Source of the DNA: an uncultured Candidatus Saccharibacteria bacterium
Lineage (GTDB): Bacteria; Patescibacteriota; Minisyncoccia; Phycocordibacterales; JAACPR01
Assembly: GCA_964402215.1 (NCBI GenBank)
Contig: CAYOAT010000001.1
Span: 134,703 to 198,702, forward strand
Length of the DNA stretch: 64,000 nucleotides
Reading direction: 5' to 3'
Positions within the stretch are counted from its first letter, which is position 1. Each line of letters opens with the position of its first letter. Below are positions 1 through 9,099 of the stretch, piece by piece. The notes beneath the pieces were generated by a model that worked only from the letters and a program-made list of their open reading frames with translations, made no database searches and was not told where the DNA came from. The position numbers and the translations under genes were made by a program.

Positions 1-462
1 TAATTTATTTGGGGCGACGATTTCAATTTCCCTGGTATTTTCATCAATAAAAGTGAAATTAATTCTAATCATATTTATCGGTAAGGCGTCTTCAATCTTT
101 TCTGGCCACTCAACAAAAATCAGGTTAGTTTTATTTGAAATTGTCTCCTCCCAATCCAATGGCCCAAGCTCTTCGATCAATTCAATTCGGTACATATCAA
201 AATGATATAAATTTTTGAAATTAATCGTGTCAGCCGATTGCGGTATTTCATATCTTCTCTGCACAACAAAAGTCGGACTAGTAATTTCATTAACAATTCC
301 GATCTTTTTTGCAAAGTTTTTTGTAAAAGTTGTTTTGCCGGATCCCAGATCCCCGTGCAGACCAACAACGACTGCCTCATTTTGTCTTTTATCTTTAATA
401 ATATTCAAAACGTAATCCGACACGGTAGATATTTCGTTTTCATTTTTACACAAGAATTTCAT
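1..462 (-). CDS. tsaE: tRNA threonylcarbamoyladenosine biosynthesis protein TsaE (YjeE-like P-loop ATPase), 3' end cut by window edge
   Basis: Minus-strand frame from ATG (460-462) reads MKFLCKNENEISTVSDYVLNIIKDKRQNEAVVVGLHGDLGSGKTTFTKNFAKKIG...LYHFDMYRIE...FVEWPEKI, i.e. the TsaE P-loop and YRL-type motifs. The frame runs off position 1 with no stop. ORF-track entry 177..380(-) is a different frame of the same DNA. Confidence 0.7.
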   Translation of the reverse strand, partial: MKFLCKNENEISTVSDYVLNIIKDKRQNEAVVVGLHGDLGSGKTTFTKNFAKKIGIVNEITSPTFVVQRRYEIPQSADTINFKNLYHFDMYRIELIEELGPLDWEETISNKTNLIFVEWPEKIEDALPINMIRINFTFIDENTREIEIVAPNKL

Positions 463-537
463 GGTTGTATTTTAGCATTTTAAAAGAAAAATTCTGTACA
501 TGAACTTTTATTCAAAAACTGGTAGAATAATATACAA

Positions 538-2217
538 ATGGTCATCCACTTTGACGAACAAAAACAAAACGATCGTATTTCGGATCTTAGAAAGAAAGAA
601 AGCGAAGATCTTGCTCAATATTTATCTGCAACATATGGAATACCATATGTTAATTTAAAAGAAACAATAATAGATACAAATGCCCTTCGTTTAATTAGAG
701 AAGATGACGCAAGAAAAGCAAAAGTCGTGGCATATGAACTCTTTAATAAAGATATAAACCTTGCGGTTTTATCTCCAAATTCAGAGTTTATTCCAACAAT
801 TATTAACGACTTAGCGGAACAAGGATATACAGTAAAAATGAACTTGGCTTCAGAAGGTGGTATCGAATATGCCTGGAATAGATATAAAGATGTTTCTTTT
901 GCAACAGAAAGTAATGCCGGAACACTTGATATCGCAAACGATTTTGTCGAAGACTTTGTTAGTAAAGTAAAATCTATTGAAGGAGCAAAAAAACTTATTG
1001 AAGACGTTATGCAAATGAAAAGAGGTTTCCGCGTTTCGAGAATTGTGGAGATTCTTGTTGCCGCTGGTGTTGCATCAAAAGCTTCCGATATTCACGTCGA
1101 ACCAGAAGTTGATTATATTACTGTTCGTTTCAGAATTGACGGTGTTCTTGCTCATGTCACACAACTAGATTTTGAAACATATAATTTGTTGTTGTCGAGA
1201 ATTAAACTTTTGTCGGGTTTGAAATTAAACATAAAAACTCAAGCACAAAATGGTCGATTCAGTGTAAAAATTGGACAAGTAGAATTTGAAATAAGAACCT
1301 CAACACTTCCTGGAAATAATGGTGAGTCTATTGTCATGAGAATACTCGATCCAAGTTCATTGACCGTTCCACTTACAGAGCTTGGTTTACCACAAAAACT
1401 ACTGACTCGATTTCTTCATGAAATAGAACGTCCAAACGGAATGATCTTAAACACTGGTCCTACGGGTTCTGGTAAAACAACAACTCTTTATTCTTTCCTT
1501 AGCAGAATAAAATCTCCTGGTATAAAAATAATCACAATCGAAGACCCTATTGAATACCATTTGACCGGTGTTGTTCAAACACAAGTCGATCCACACAAAA
1601 ATTATGACTTTGCCTCGGGATTAAAAAATTCTTTGAGACAGGATCCGGACGTAATAATGATCGGAGAAATTCGCGATAATGATACTGCTGAAACTGCTGT
1701 TCAAGCCGCATTAACTGGCCACTTGGTTTTGTCTACACTTCACACCAACAGCGCGTCAGGCGCCTTCCCCAGAATGACAGATCTTGGTGTAGATCCAAAG
1801 ATAATGACTTCAGCTATCAATGTTGTGATTGCACAAAGACTTGTGCGTGTACTTTGTAAAAGTTGTGCTCAAAAAATAAAAATTCCCAACGACAAGAAAG
1901 ATGTTCTTAAAAAATTATATGATGGAATTGTTGATAGAGAAATTCCTGCTTGGTCAGAAGACATCTTCTCTGCAAAAGGTTGCGAAAAATGTAACCACAC
2001 TGGTTATTCCGGTCGCCTAGGAATATTTGAGGCAATATTTATGGATAAAAATGTGGAAAATGCGGTTCAATCAATCGCAAGTGAAGATGAAATAGCAGAA
2101 ATTGCTAGATCACAAGGAATCATGAATATGCAGGAAGATGGTCTTGTAAAAATACTAAATGGTATTACAACAATTGAAGAGGTTGAAAGAGTAGTGGGTT
2201 TTTTCAATCAAGAATAA
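538..2217 (+). CDS. pilB: Type IV pilus / type II secretion assembly ATPase (PilB/GspE family) with C-terminal tetracysteine motif
   Basis: T2SE N-terminal domain. Walker A GPTGSGKTTTLYS, Asp box and His box (LTGHLVLSTLHTN). CKSC...CEKC zinc-binding motif. Confidence 0.85.
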   Translation: MVIHFDEQKQNDRISDLRKKESEDLAQYLSATYGIPYVNLKETIIDTNALRLIREDDARKAKVVAYELFNKDINLAVLSPNSEFIPTIINDLAEQGYTVKMNLASEGGIEYAWNRYKDVSFATESNAGTLDIANDFVEDFVSKVKSIEGAKKLIEDVMQMKRGFRVSRIVEILVAAGVASKASDIHVEPEVDYITVRFRIDGVLAHVTQLDFETYNLLLSRIKLLSGLKLNIKTQAQNGRFSVKIGQVEFEIRTSTLPGNNGESIVMRILDPSSLTVPLTELGLPQKLLTRFLHEIERPNGMILNTGPTGSGKTTTLYSFLSRIKSPGIKIITIEDPIEYHLTGVVQTQVDPHKNYDFASGLKNSLRQDPDVIMIGEIRDNDTAETAVQAALTGHLVLSTLHTNSASGAFPRMTDLGVDPKIMTSAINVVIAQRLVRVLCKSCAQKIKIPNDKKDVLKKLYDGIVDREIPAWSEDIFSAKGCEKCNHTGYSGRLGIFEAIFMDKNVENAVQSIASEDEIAEIARSQGIMNMQEDGLVKILNGITTIEEVERVVGFFNQE

Positions 2218-2530
2218 AAATAAAATCCTTCTAAAATAAATAGAAAACAAAAAAAGTATTTTGGCTAGTTGAATTTAAAACAGATATAACTAATATAGTT
2301 TATAGAACACAAGACTTCGGAAAGTTCCAAGGCATAAACCTCTAAGCAAAACCTTTAAATACTGAGACCTAAAGGCAGGTGGTTATCTAAGGATAGTATC
2401 AGTTAAGCAACGTAAGTTGCCACCAATAACGTCCTCGACTAAACACCAATAGGATCGCCCCCTTTGCTTAGAGATTTATGTCTTTGACCCGAGAGGTCTA
2501 GACCTTGTGTAAAAAAACTTTATACATGGT

Positions 2531-3583
2531 ATGATAACACATACAAATATTATGTCAAGTACCACCCAAAAACAAATCGACACGGCAAGTAATAATAAAG
2601 TGGATAGCTTTTTAGATCAAGAGCTTCGACCAAAGACCTGGGATGAGTATATCGGGCAGGAAAACATCAAAAATAACCTAAATATTCTCCTAAAAGCCGC
2701 AAAACAAAGATCACACCCGCCTGAGCATTTATTGTTCTATGGGCCGCCCGGACTAGGTAAAACAACGCTCGCACACCTTATTGCCCATCACACGAACTCT
2801 CAAATCAAGATAACTTCTGGACCATCAATAGAAAAAGTCGGCGACATTGCCTCCATTTTAACCAACCTTAACCCTGGGGATATCCTGTTTATAGACGAGG
2901 TTCACAGACTCAATAAATCGATTGAAGAGGTGCTTTACCCTGCCATGGAGTCAGGTAGCCTAGATATTATTATTGGAAAAGGGCCGTCGGCAAGAACTCT
3001 CCAACTTGAACTGCCACCATTTACCTTAATCGCGGCAACTACACGTGTTTCCCTACTGTCTTCCCCACTAAGATCACGTTTTTCTGGCGGAATTTATCGA
3101 TTAGAGTTTTATTCAGAGCCAGAAATCGAAAAAATATTAGAACGTTCAGCTAAAATTCTTGGAATCAAAATGGATAAGGATGCGGGAAGAGAAATATCAA
3201 AGAGAAGTCGCCAAACTCCACGAACAGCAAATTATTTATTAAAAAGATGTCGTGACTATGCTCAAGTTAATAATTTAGATTTAAATAAAGACGTCGTTGC
3301 AAAAACTTTGGATATGTTACAAATTGACGAGGTCGGTTTGACTCGTGCTGATCAAACAATTCTCGAAACTATTATAAATAAATTTGGTGGTGGACCCGTT
3401 GGATTAAATACTATCGCAATGGCACTATCAGAAGAACCAGGAACTATTGAAGAATTTAACGAGCCATATTTAATACAGCTTGGTTTTATAGAAAGAACCC
3501 AAAGAGGTCGTGTTGTTACTAAGCTTGGTTACAAACATATTGGTACTGAACCCCCGCCAGACTTGCAGAAAAAACTTATTTAG
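2531..3583 (+). CDS. ruvB: Holliday junction branch migration ATPase RuvB
   Basis: LRPKTWDEYIGQ and GPPGLGKTTLAHLIA (AAA+ Walker A), plus C-terminal winged-helix region. Alternative start at M8. Confidence 0.9.
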   Translation: MITHTNIMSSTTQKQIDTASNNKVDSFLDQELRPKTWDEYIGQENIKNNLNILLKAAKQRSHPPEHLLFYGPPGLGKTTLAHLIAHHTNSQIKITSGPSIEKVGDIASILTNLNPGDILFIDEVHRLNKSIEEVLYPAMESGSLDIIIGKGPSARTLQLELPPFTLIAATTRVSLLSSPLRSRFSGGIYRLEFYSEPEIEKILERSAKILGIKMDKDAGREISKRSRQTPRTANYLLKRCRDYAQVNNLDLNKDVVAKTLDMLQIDEVGLTRADQTILETIINKFGGGPVGLNTIAMALSEEPGTIEEFNEPYLIQLGFIERTQRGRVVTKLGYKHIGTEPPPDLQKKLI

Positions 3584-3620
3584 ATAAATATATTAAAAAT
3601 TAAATTAAATCAGTAATAAT

Positions 3621-4151
3621 ATGTCAGGACACAATAAATGGTCACAAATTAAAAACAAGAAGGGCGCAGAAGACGCAAAGAAAAGTAAAATATTTTCAAG
3701 ATATTCAAAATTAATAACTTCTGAGTCAAAGAAAGCAAACGGTAATCTGTCTTCCCCTTCTCTTGCTGCTGTTATAGAACTTGCCAAGAGAGAAAATATG
3801 CCAAAAGATACTATTGAAAGGGCTGTAAAAAAAGGAACAGAGTCAGGAACTGCAAATATGGAGGCAATAACCTATGAAACCTATGGACCTGGTGGAGTTG
3901 CAATAATAATTGAAACTTTGACTGACAATAAAAATCGAACGGCACCAGAAATAAGACATCTATTAACGAAAAATGGTTTTGAACTAGCCCAACCCGGAGC
4001 TGCTTCATGGGCATTCAAAAAAGAAGGCGGTAAATTAGTCGCCCAAACCACTGTCGATTTATCAGATGCGGATCTAGAATTGCTTACAAAATTAGTTGAT
4101 GATTTGGAAGCGTTTGAAGATGTCCAAGAAGTTTTCACTAACGCTGAATAA
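3621..4151 (+). CDS. yebC: YebC/PmpR family probable transcriptional regulator (short form)
   Basis: N-terminus MSGHNKWSQIKNKKGAEDAKKSKIF matches the YebC signature (MAGHSKWANIKHRK...). It sits in the classic position between ruvB and ruvC. Confidence 0.75.
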   Translation: MSGHNKWSQIKNKKGAEDAKKSKIFSRYSKLITSESKKANGNLSSPSLAAVIELAKRENMPKDTIERAVKKGTESGTANMEAITYETYGPGGVAIIIETLTDNKNRTAPEIRHLLTKNGFELAQPGAASWAFKKEGGKLVAQTTVDLSDADLELLTKLVDDLEAFEDVQEVFTNAE

Positions 4152-4164
4152 CTTAAATTACTAA

Positions 4165-4647
4165 ATGAAAATTATTTCTATTGACCCCGGTTACGAAAGA
4201 CTTGGGATTGCAATATTAGATAAGGACAAGAAAGAAAAAGAATCTTTAATATTTTCGGAATGTTTTAAAACTTCAGCAAAAGAAGAACACCCAGAACGCT
4301 TGGCAAAAATTCAAAATAGAATTATTGAAATAATCAATCAATTTAGTCCCGAAGAGATGGCTATAGAAAGTTTATTTTTTAATACAAACCAAAAAACTGC
4401 TCTTTTGGTGGCAGAAACTCGCGGAACAATAATTTCTACAGCAAAAAACGCTGGGTTGAAAATTTTTGAATATTCACCACAACAAATTAAGATGGCCGTA
4501 ACAGGTATGGGTAATAGCGATAAAAATTCTGTAATTAAAATGTTGACACTGATTATAAAGATTAATAAGGAAATAAAGTACGACGATGAATTTGATGCTA
4601 TTGCCTGCGGAATAACACATATCTCGGTAACCAGAAAGAGTCTTTAG
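4165..4647 (+). CDS. ruvC: Crossover junction endodeoxyribonuclease RuvC
   Basis: MKIISIDPGYERLGIAIL... RNase-H-like fold start. Size about 160 aa. Adjacent to yebC/ruvB. Confidence 0.8.
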   Translation: MKIISIDPGYERLGIAILDKDKKEKESLIFSECFKTSAKEEHPERLAKIQNRIIEIINQFSPEEMAIESLFFNTNQKTALLVAETRGTIISTAKNAGLKIFEYSPQQIKMAVTGMGNSDKNSVIKMLTLIIKINKEIKYDDEFDAIACGITHISVTRKSL

Positions 4648-4770
4648 TCAGTCGTTATTCACAGATTGTCTTTTTTAAGAAGAATTTTCCACAGTTTTAA
4701 TATTTTGACTATTGGCGTTTCAAAAAATATTTGTTACAAGTATATCTAATTAGTTTTTAATTATAAAAAT

Positions 4771-5019
4771 ATGGATGATATTGATGAGAGCAATGATTTA
4801 AAAGATGGCGGTGAAATAAATTCACTGTTAGATATTGATTCAGATGAAGAAGTTGCCGCAGAAGAGGTTGAGGTTGACGATCCAGTTATAATTGATCCTT
4901 TGCTGACAAAAGTTTCTGATACAGATGACGACAACGACCCAATGGATGATGACGGCGACGAAGAAGAGGACGATGACGATATTTATACAGAAAGTTTTGA
5001 AGACGTAGATAACTTTTAA
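4771..5019 (+). CDS. Hyper-acidic small protein (82 aa, about 45% Asp+Glu), function unknown
   Basis: MDDIDESNDLKDGG...DDDNDPMDDDGDEEEDDDD. An intrinsic terminator follows immediately. No recognisable domain. Confidence 0.5.
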   Translation: MDDIDESNDLKDGGEINSLLDIDSDEEVAAEEVEVDDPVIIDPLLTKVSDTDDDNDPMDDDGDEEEDDDDIYTESFEDVDNF

Positions 5020-5022
5020 CAA

Positions 5023-5056
5023 AACAACCCCGGGTCAAGCGCCCGGGGTTGTTTTT
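5023..5056. terminator. Bidirectional intrinsic terminator between the acidic ORF (+) and tyrS (-)
   Basis: 12-bp perfect stem aacaaccccggg / cccggggttgtt with 7-nt loop, flanked by an A-run upstream and a T-run downstream. Confidence 0.6.
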
Positions 5057-5058
5057 AA

Positions 5059-6330
5059 TTATTTCTTTATACTTATCTTCACAAATCTCCTTTTACCAAT
5101 TCGATAAGTGGTTGATTCAATTATTTTATAACCAAAATCCGAAACCTTTTGCTTACTTTCAACAATATTTACTGCCCCTTGTTCAACCAAACGACGCCAT
5201 TCACTTTTTGATGAAACTATTTTATTATCTATCATAACGTCAGCAAGAATACTGTCGGCATCAACTGAAATTTCTAGTATATCTTCTGGTATCTCACCCT
5301 TTGAAAATGTATTATCAAACTTTTCTGCAGCCAGTGCAGATTGTTTTTCTCCGTAGTAAATTGTAACTATATCTTTTGCTAGCTGTTTCTTTGCTTCCAT
5401 TGGATTCAGAGAACCATCTTCTAATTTCTTTTTTATTTCATCAATTTCAGATACAGATCTAAATGTTGTATCAGTAAACATTGGAATAATAACGTAGTCC
5501 GATAAGGCCATAACTTTGCCGAACATATCTTCTGGGCTGTCTTGCAATGAAACATAATTTCCCTCACTCTTGCTCATCAATTTTTTACCAGTCTTTGGAT
5601 TTTCAAGGAGAGTCGTGCTTATAACAAATTTTTCTTTTTGATTGATTTTTCTCTGCAAAATTCGTCCAGTCAACATATTGAATGTTTGATCGCTTCCGCC
5701 GATTTCAATATCTATATCCATTTCAACGCTATCATAACCCTGCATCAGTGGGTACAAAAATTCATGCAAATATATTGGTCGAGCCTCTTTCAATCGCTTT
5801 TGAAACATATCTCGCTCAATCATTTGTTGAACAGTAAAGTTCGCAGATAATTCAATAATTTCTTCAAAATTTAATTTTGACAACCATCGACTATTTCTTT
5901 TTATTTTTACAGGATTTAATCCTTTTGCAGAAACAATTTTTGAAATTTGTTTTTTCCAAGTTTTCAAATTTTCTTTTACTTCTTTTTCTGTTAGACGAAC
6001 TCTCGCGGCACTTTTATCAGAAGGGTCCCCTATTCGCGCGGTGAAATCACCGAACAAAACAATCACTTCATGACCAAGTTTTCGTAATTTTTCTAGTAAA
6101 ATAAAGTTTGTTGCATGTCCAAGATGCAAATCTTTACCAGTAGCATCCGCTCCAATATATATTCGCAGTCTTTTACCACTCATCAACTCTTTTTTGAGAG
6201 CTTCTTTAGAGGGAAAAACCTGACTTACACTCCTTGATAATATCTCATCAATCTTTTTTTCGTCTGTATCTATTTTGTTAATAATTTTAAACATTACGTA
6301 GATTTTAGCATTTAAAATCGACCAAAACAA
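5059..6330 (-). CDS. tyrS: Tyrosine--tRNA ligase
   Basis: HIGH motif (DLHLGHATNF), KMSKS motif (KLMSKSEGN), C-terminal S4-like domain. True start may be the second ATG (MFKIINKI..., 6294). Confidence 0.9.
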   Translation of the reverse strand: MFWSILNAKIYVMFKIINKIDTDEKKIDEILSRSVSQVFPSKEALKKELMSGKRLRIYIGADATGKDLHLGHATNFILLEKLRKLGHEVIVLFGDFTARIGDPSDKSAARVRLTEKEVKENLKTWKKQISKIVSAKGLNPVKIKRNSRWLSKLNFEEIIELSANFTVQQMIERDMFQKRLKEARPIYLHEFLYPLMQGYDSVEMDIDIEIGGSDQTFNMLTGRILQRKINQKEKFVISTTLLENPKTGKKLMSKSEGNYVSLQDSPEDMFGKVMALSDYVIIPMFTDTTFRSVSEIDEIKKKLEDGSLNPMEAKKQLAKDIVTIYYGEKQSALAAEKFDNTFSKGEIPEDILEISVDADSILADVMIDNKIVSSKSEWRRLVEQGAVNIVESKQKVSDFGYKIIESTTYRIGKRRFVKISIKK

Positions 6331-6394
6331 AGCAAACTTTGACCAATGGGATATCTTCTAATATTCTTTATGAATTAAGGCTATAATAGTGTAA

Positions 6395-8842
6395 ATGTTA
6401 AAAATAAGAAAAATGTTTGGCGGAGGAAGGTTCAAAAATATCGCAAAAATAGCGCTTGTCTGTTTTTTGATACTTTCTGGTTTATTATTAATTTGGCTTG
6501 CGACTCTTGATTTACCAAATCTCAACAATTTTGAAGCAAGAAAAGTTGCACAATCAACAAAGATCCTTGATAGAACCGGCGAAATTGTTTTATACGATAT
6601 CCACGGCGAAATAAAGAGAACAATTGTTCCCTTAAATGAAATTTCTGATTATTTGAAAAAAGCAACAATTGCAATTGAGGACCGAAATTTTTACGAACAC
6701 AATGGAATACAAATATCAGCAATCATCAGAGCTATAAAAAATAATTTATTTCAGGGCGACCTATTAAGCGGCCAAGGTGGTTCCACAATCACACAACAGG
6801 TAATTAAAAATGCTTTGTTGACTTCAGATAAAAAAGTTTCGAGAAAAATAAAGGAGTGGGTTTTAGCGCCAAGACTTGAAAAAATACTGACAAAAGATCA
6901 GATCCTTGAAATATATTTAAATGAAATACCATATGGCGGAAATGTTTATGGCGCCGAGGAAGCCTCTCTTAGATTTTTTGGTAAACAAGCTAAAGACCTT
7001 ACTTTAGTTGAAGCGGTTCATTTGGCTGCCCTTCCACAGGCCCCAACATATTTTTCTCCTTATGGAACACATACAGATAAACTTGAAATAAGAAAAAATT
7101 ACATTTTAGATCAAATGTTAAATCTTGGATTTATCACAAAAACAGAACTTGATACTGCAAAATCAGTAAAAATTGAATTTGAAAAACAAGAAGAGTTCGG
7201 CATCAAAGCGCCGCATTTTGTAATGTATGTTAGAGAGTTACTTGAAGAACAATATGGAAAAGATGTCATCGAACAAGAAGGATTAAGAATAACTACATCT
7301 CTTGACTGGGATTTACAAAAAAAGGCCGAGGAAATAGTTAAAAAATACGCCTTAGAAAATGATGAAAAGTTTATGGCTGAAAATGGTGCGCTGGTCGCAA
7401 CTGATCCAAACACTGGAGAAATACTTGTAATGGTAGGATCGAGAGACTATTTTGACAAAGAAATTGATGGAAATTTCAATATTGCCACTGCTGAAAGACA
7501 ACCGGGCTCAGCATTTAAACCAATAGTGTACGCAGAAGCGTTCACAAAGGGATACAGACCTGAAACAATTGTGTTTGATGTTTCAACAGAATTTTCAACT
7601 GCCTGTAAAAATGGTGGTGATTGTTACCGCCCAGTTAATTACGACGGAAAAAATCGCGGCCCAATTTCTCTTAGAAATGCTTTAGCACAATCATTAAACA
7701 TACCTGCAGTCCAAGTTTTATATCTTGCTGGACTTAGAGATTCATTGAACTTAGCAAAGAAAATGGGAATACAAACGCTTACAAATGTTGATCAATATGG
7801 ACTTACTCTTGTTTTGGGTGGTGGTGAAGTTAGACTACTTGATATGGTTAGCGCTTACGGAATATTTGCCGCAGAGGGAAAAAAATACCAACAAAAAGCT
7901 GTACTAAAAATAGAAGACAAAAACGGAAACATTTTATTTGAAGAGAAAAATTCAGAACCAGAAAGAATTTTATCGGAGGATGTATCGAGAACGGTCAGTG
8001 ATATTTTATCCGACAACGCTGCAAGAGCACCAATCTTTGGATCAAACTCTTCATTAAATATTCCTGGTGTTGCCGTTAAAACAGGTACTACAAATGATTA
8101 TAGAGATGCTTGGATAATTGGTTACACTCCAAATATTTCCGTAGGTGCATGGGTTGGAAATAATGATAATTCCCCTATTGATAAAAAGGTCGCTGGTTAT
8201 GTTGTCGGACCGATGTGGAATGAATATATGCAGTTTGTTTTGAAAGAAATAAATAACGCCAGCTTTAATAAACCAGAAAAACAATCTTTGAATGTAAAAC
8301 CAATTATCAATGGATTTTGGAAAGGTGAAAAAATAAAAGTGGTTAATGAAGGTGAAGATAATGAGCAAGTTGTTGTTGTGGGAAAAGAGGGCGGTATCCA
8401 TACTATTTTGTATTGGGTAAACAAAGATGATCCACTTGGACCAGTTCCAGAAAATCCAAATAATGACCCTCAATACGAGGAGTGGGAGAAAGCTGTTAGG
8501 GCATGGGTAAGAGATAATAATATTAGTGACAACGTAACAACAACTGACCCAGATCGAATAAGACCTGCAAAATTAGAAATAACTAACCTATCTAATAACG
8601 CCACATATCTAAAAGACTCTCCCCTAGTAGTGATTATAAAAATGTCTGATGACAGAAAATTAACAAGTGGAGAAATCACATTAAATGATCAGAAGATTGG
8701 AGATATGAATGTCGACACAATGTCGTTTATGTTTGTACCAGAAGAAAATCCTTTTATCCAAGAAAAAAATAAAATAAAAATAACGGTTCGAGACGAAGTT
8801 GGAAATTCTTTCAAAGTAGAGTCAAACTTTAATATTAATTAA
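6395..8842 (+). CDS. mrcA: Class A penicillin-binding protein (glycosyltransferase GT51 + transpeptidase) with about 200-aa C-terminal extension
   Basis: N-terminal TM. GT51 motifs EDRNFYEHNG and QGGSTITQQ. Transpeptidase SAFKP (SxxK) and KTGTTND (KTG). Extra beta-rich C-terminal domain. Confidence 0.85.
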   Translation: MLKIRKMFGGGRFKNIAKIALVCFLILSGLLLIWLATLDLPNLNNFEARKVAQSTKILDRTGEIVLYDIHGEIKRTIVPLNEISDYLKKATIAIEDRNFYEHNGIQISAIIRAIKNNLFQGDLLSGQGGSTITQQVIKNALLTSDKKVSRKIKEWVLAPRLEKILTKDQILEIYLNEIPYGGNVYGAEEASLRFFGKQAKDLTLVEAVHLAALPQAPTYFSPYGTHTDKLEIRKNYILDQMLNLGFITKTELDTAKSVKIEFEKQEEFGIKAPHFVMYVRELLEEQYGKDVIEQEGLRITTSLDWDLQKKAEEIVKKYALENDEKFMAENGALVATDPNTGEILVMVGSRDYFDKEIDGNFNIATAERQPGSAFKPIVYAEAFTKGYRPETIVFDVSTEFSTACKNGGDCYRPVNYDGKNRGPISLRNALAQSLNIPAVQVLYLAGLRDSLNLAKKMGIQTLTNVDQYGLTLVLGGGEVRLLDMVSAYGIFAAEGKKYQQKAVLKIEDKNGNILFEEKNSEPERILSEDVSRTVSDILSDNAARAPIFGSNSSLNIPGVAVKTGTTNDYRDAWIIGYTPNISVGAWVGNNDNSPIDKKVAGYVVGPMWNEYMQFVLKEINNASFNKPEKQSLNVKPIINGFWKGEKIKVVNEGEDNEQVVVVGKEGGIHTILYWVNKDDPLGPVPENPNNDPQYEEWEKAVRAWVRDNNISDNVTTTDPDRIRPAKLEITNLSNNATYLKDSPLVVIIKMSDDRKLTSGEITLNDQKIGDMNVDTMSFMFVPEENPFIQEKNKIKITVRDEVGNSFKVESNFNIN

Positions 8843-9086
8843 CCCTCCGATTAATTTGCAATCTTTCCTTTATCAAAGATTCTATTTTTGATTTATTTAT
8901 AAAAATTTCTGCTTTTTCGATTCCAACTCGTTTGATTTTTATTTGATTATCGTTTACTTCGATATCATCAACTAATAAATCAATTCCGGAAGCATCTTTT
9001 ACACACTCAACAACAACTTTTTTTATATTACTCTCTTTTAACCCTAGGTTTTCGAATTTCTTTAAATAAAAAGATATTTGCTCCAT
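8835..9086 (-). CDS. Small protein downstream of dnaN, DUF721/DciA-like by position and C-terminal motif (tentative)
   Basis: 83 aa. K..LGL near the N-terminus and a C-terminal AEIFINKSKIESLIKERLQ resembling the DUF721 tail (AQELSFLKEEILERLN). Conserved position after dnaN in many genomes. Confidence 0.35.
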   Translation of the reverse strand: MEQISFYLKKFENLGLKESNIKKVVVECVKDASGIDLLVDDIEVNDNQIKIKRVGIEKAEIFINKSKIESLIKERLQINRRVN

Positions 9087-9099
9087 GAGAATATATTTA

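Noticed and set aside
177-483. ORF-track entries 177..380(-), 215..415(+), 238..483(+)
   Set aside because: These are out-of-frame or antisense translations of the tsaE locus. The minus frame from ATG 460-462 gives the TsaE P-loop (GDLGSGKTTF), whereas these give low-complexity sequence.
2218-2530. Attempt to assign the ruvB-upstream noncoding region to RNase P RNA, tmRNA, SRP RNA or 6S RNA
   Set aside because: No P4-type GGAAAGUCCGG/ACCCGGCUUA pairing partner, no tRNA-like TTCGA/CCA end, and no GGAAGGAAGCAG SRP domain IV motif could be found by eye. It is left as an unclassified structured-RNA candidate.
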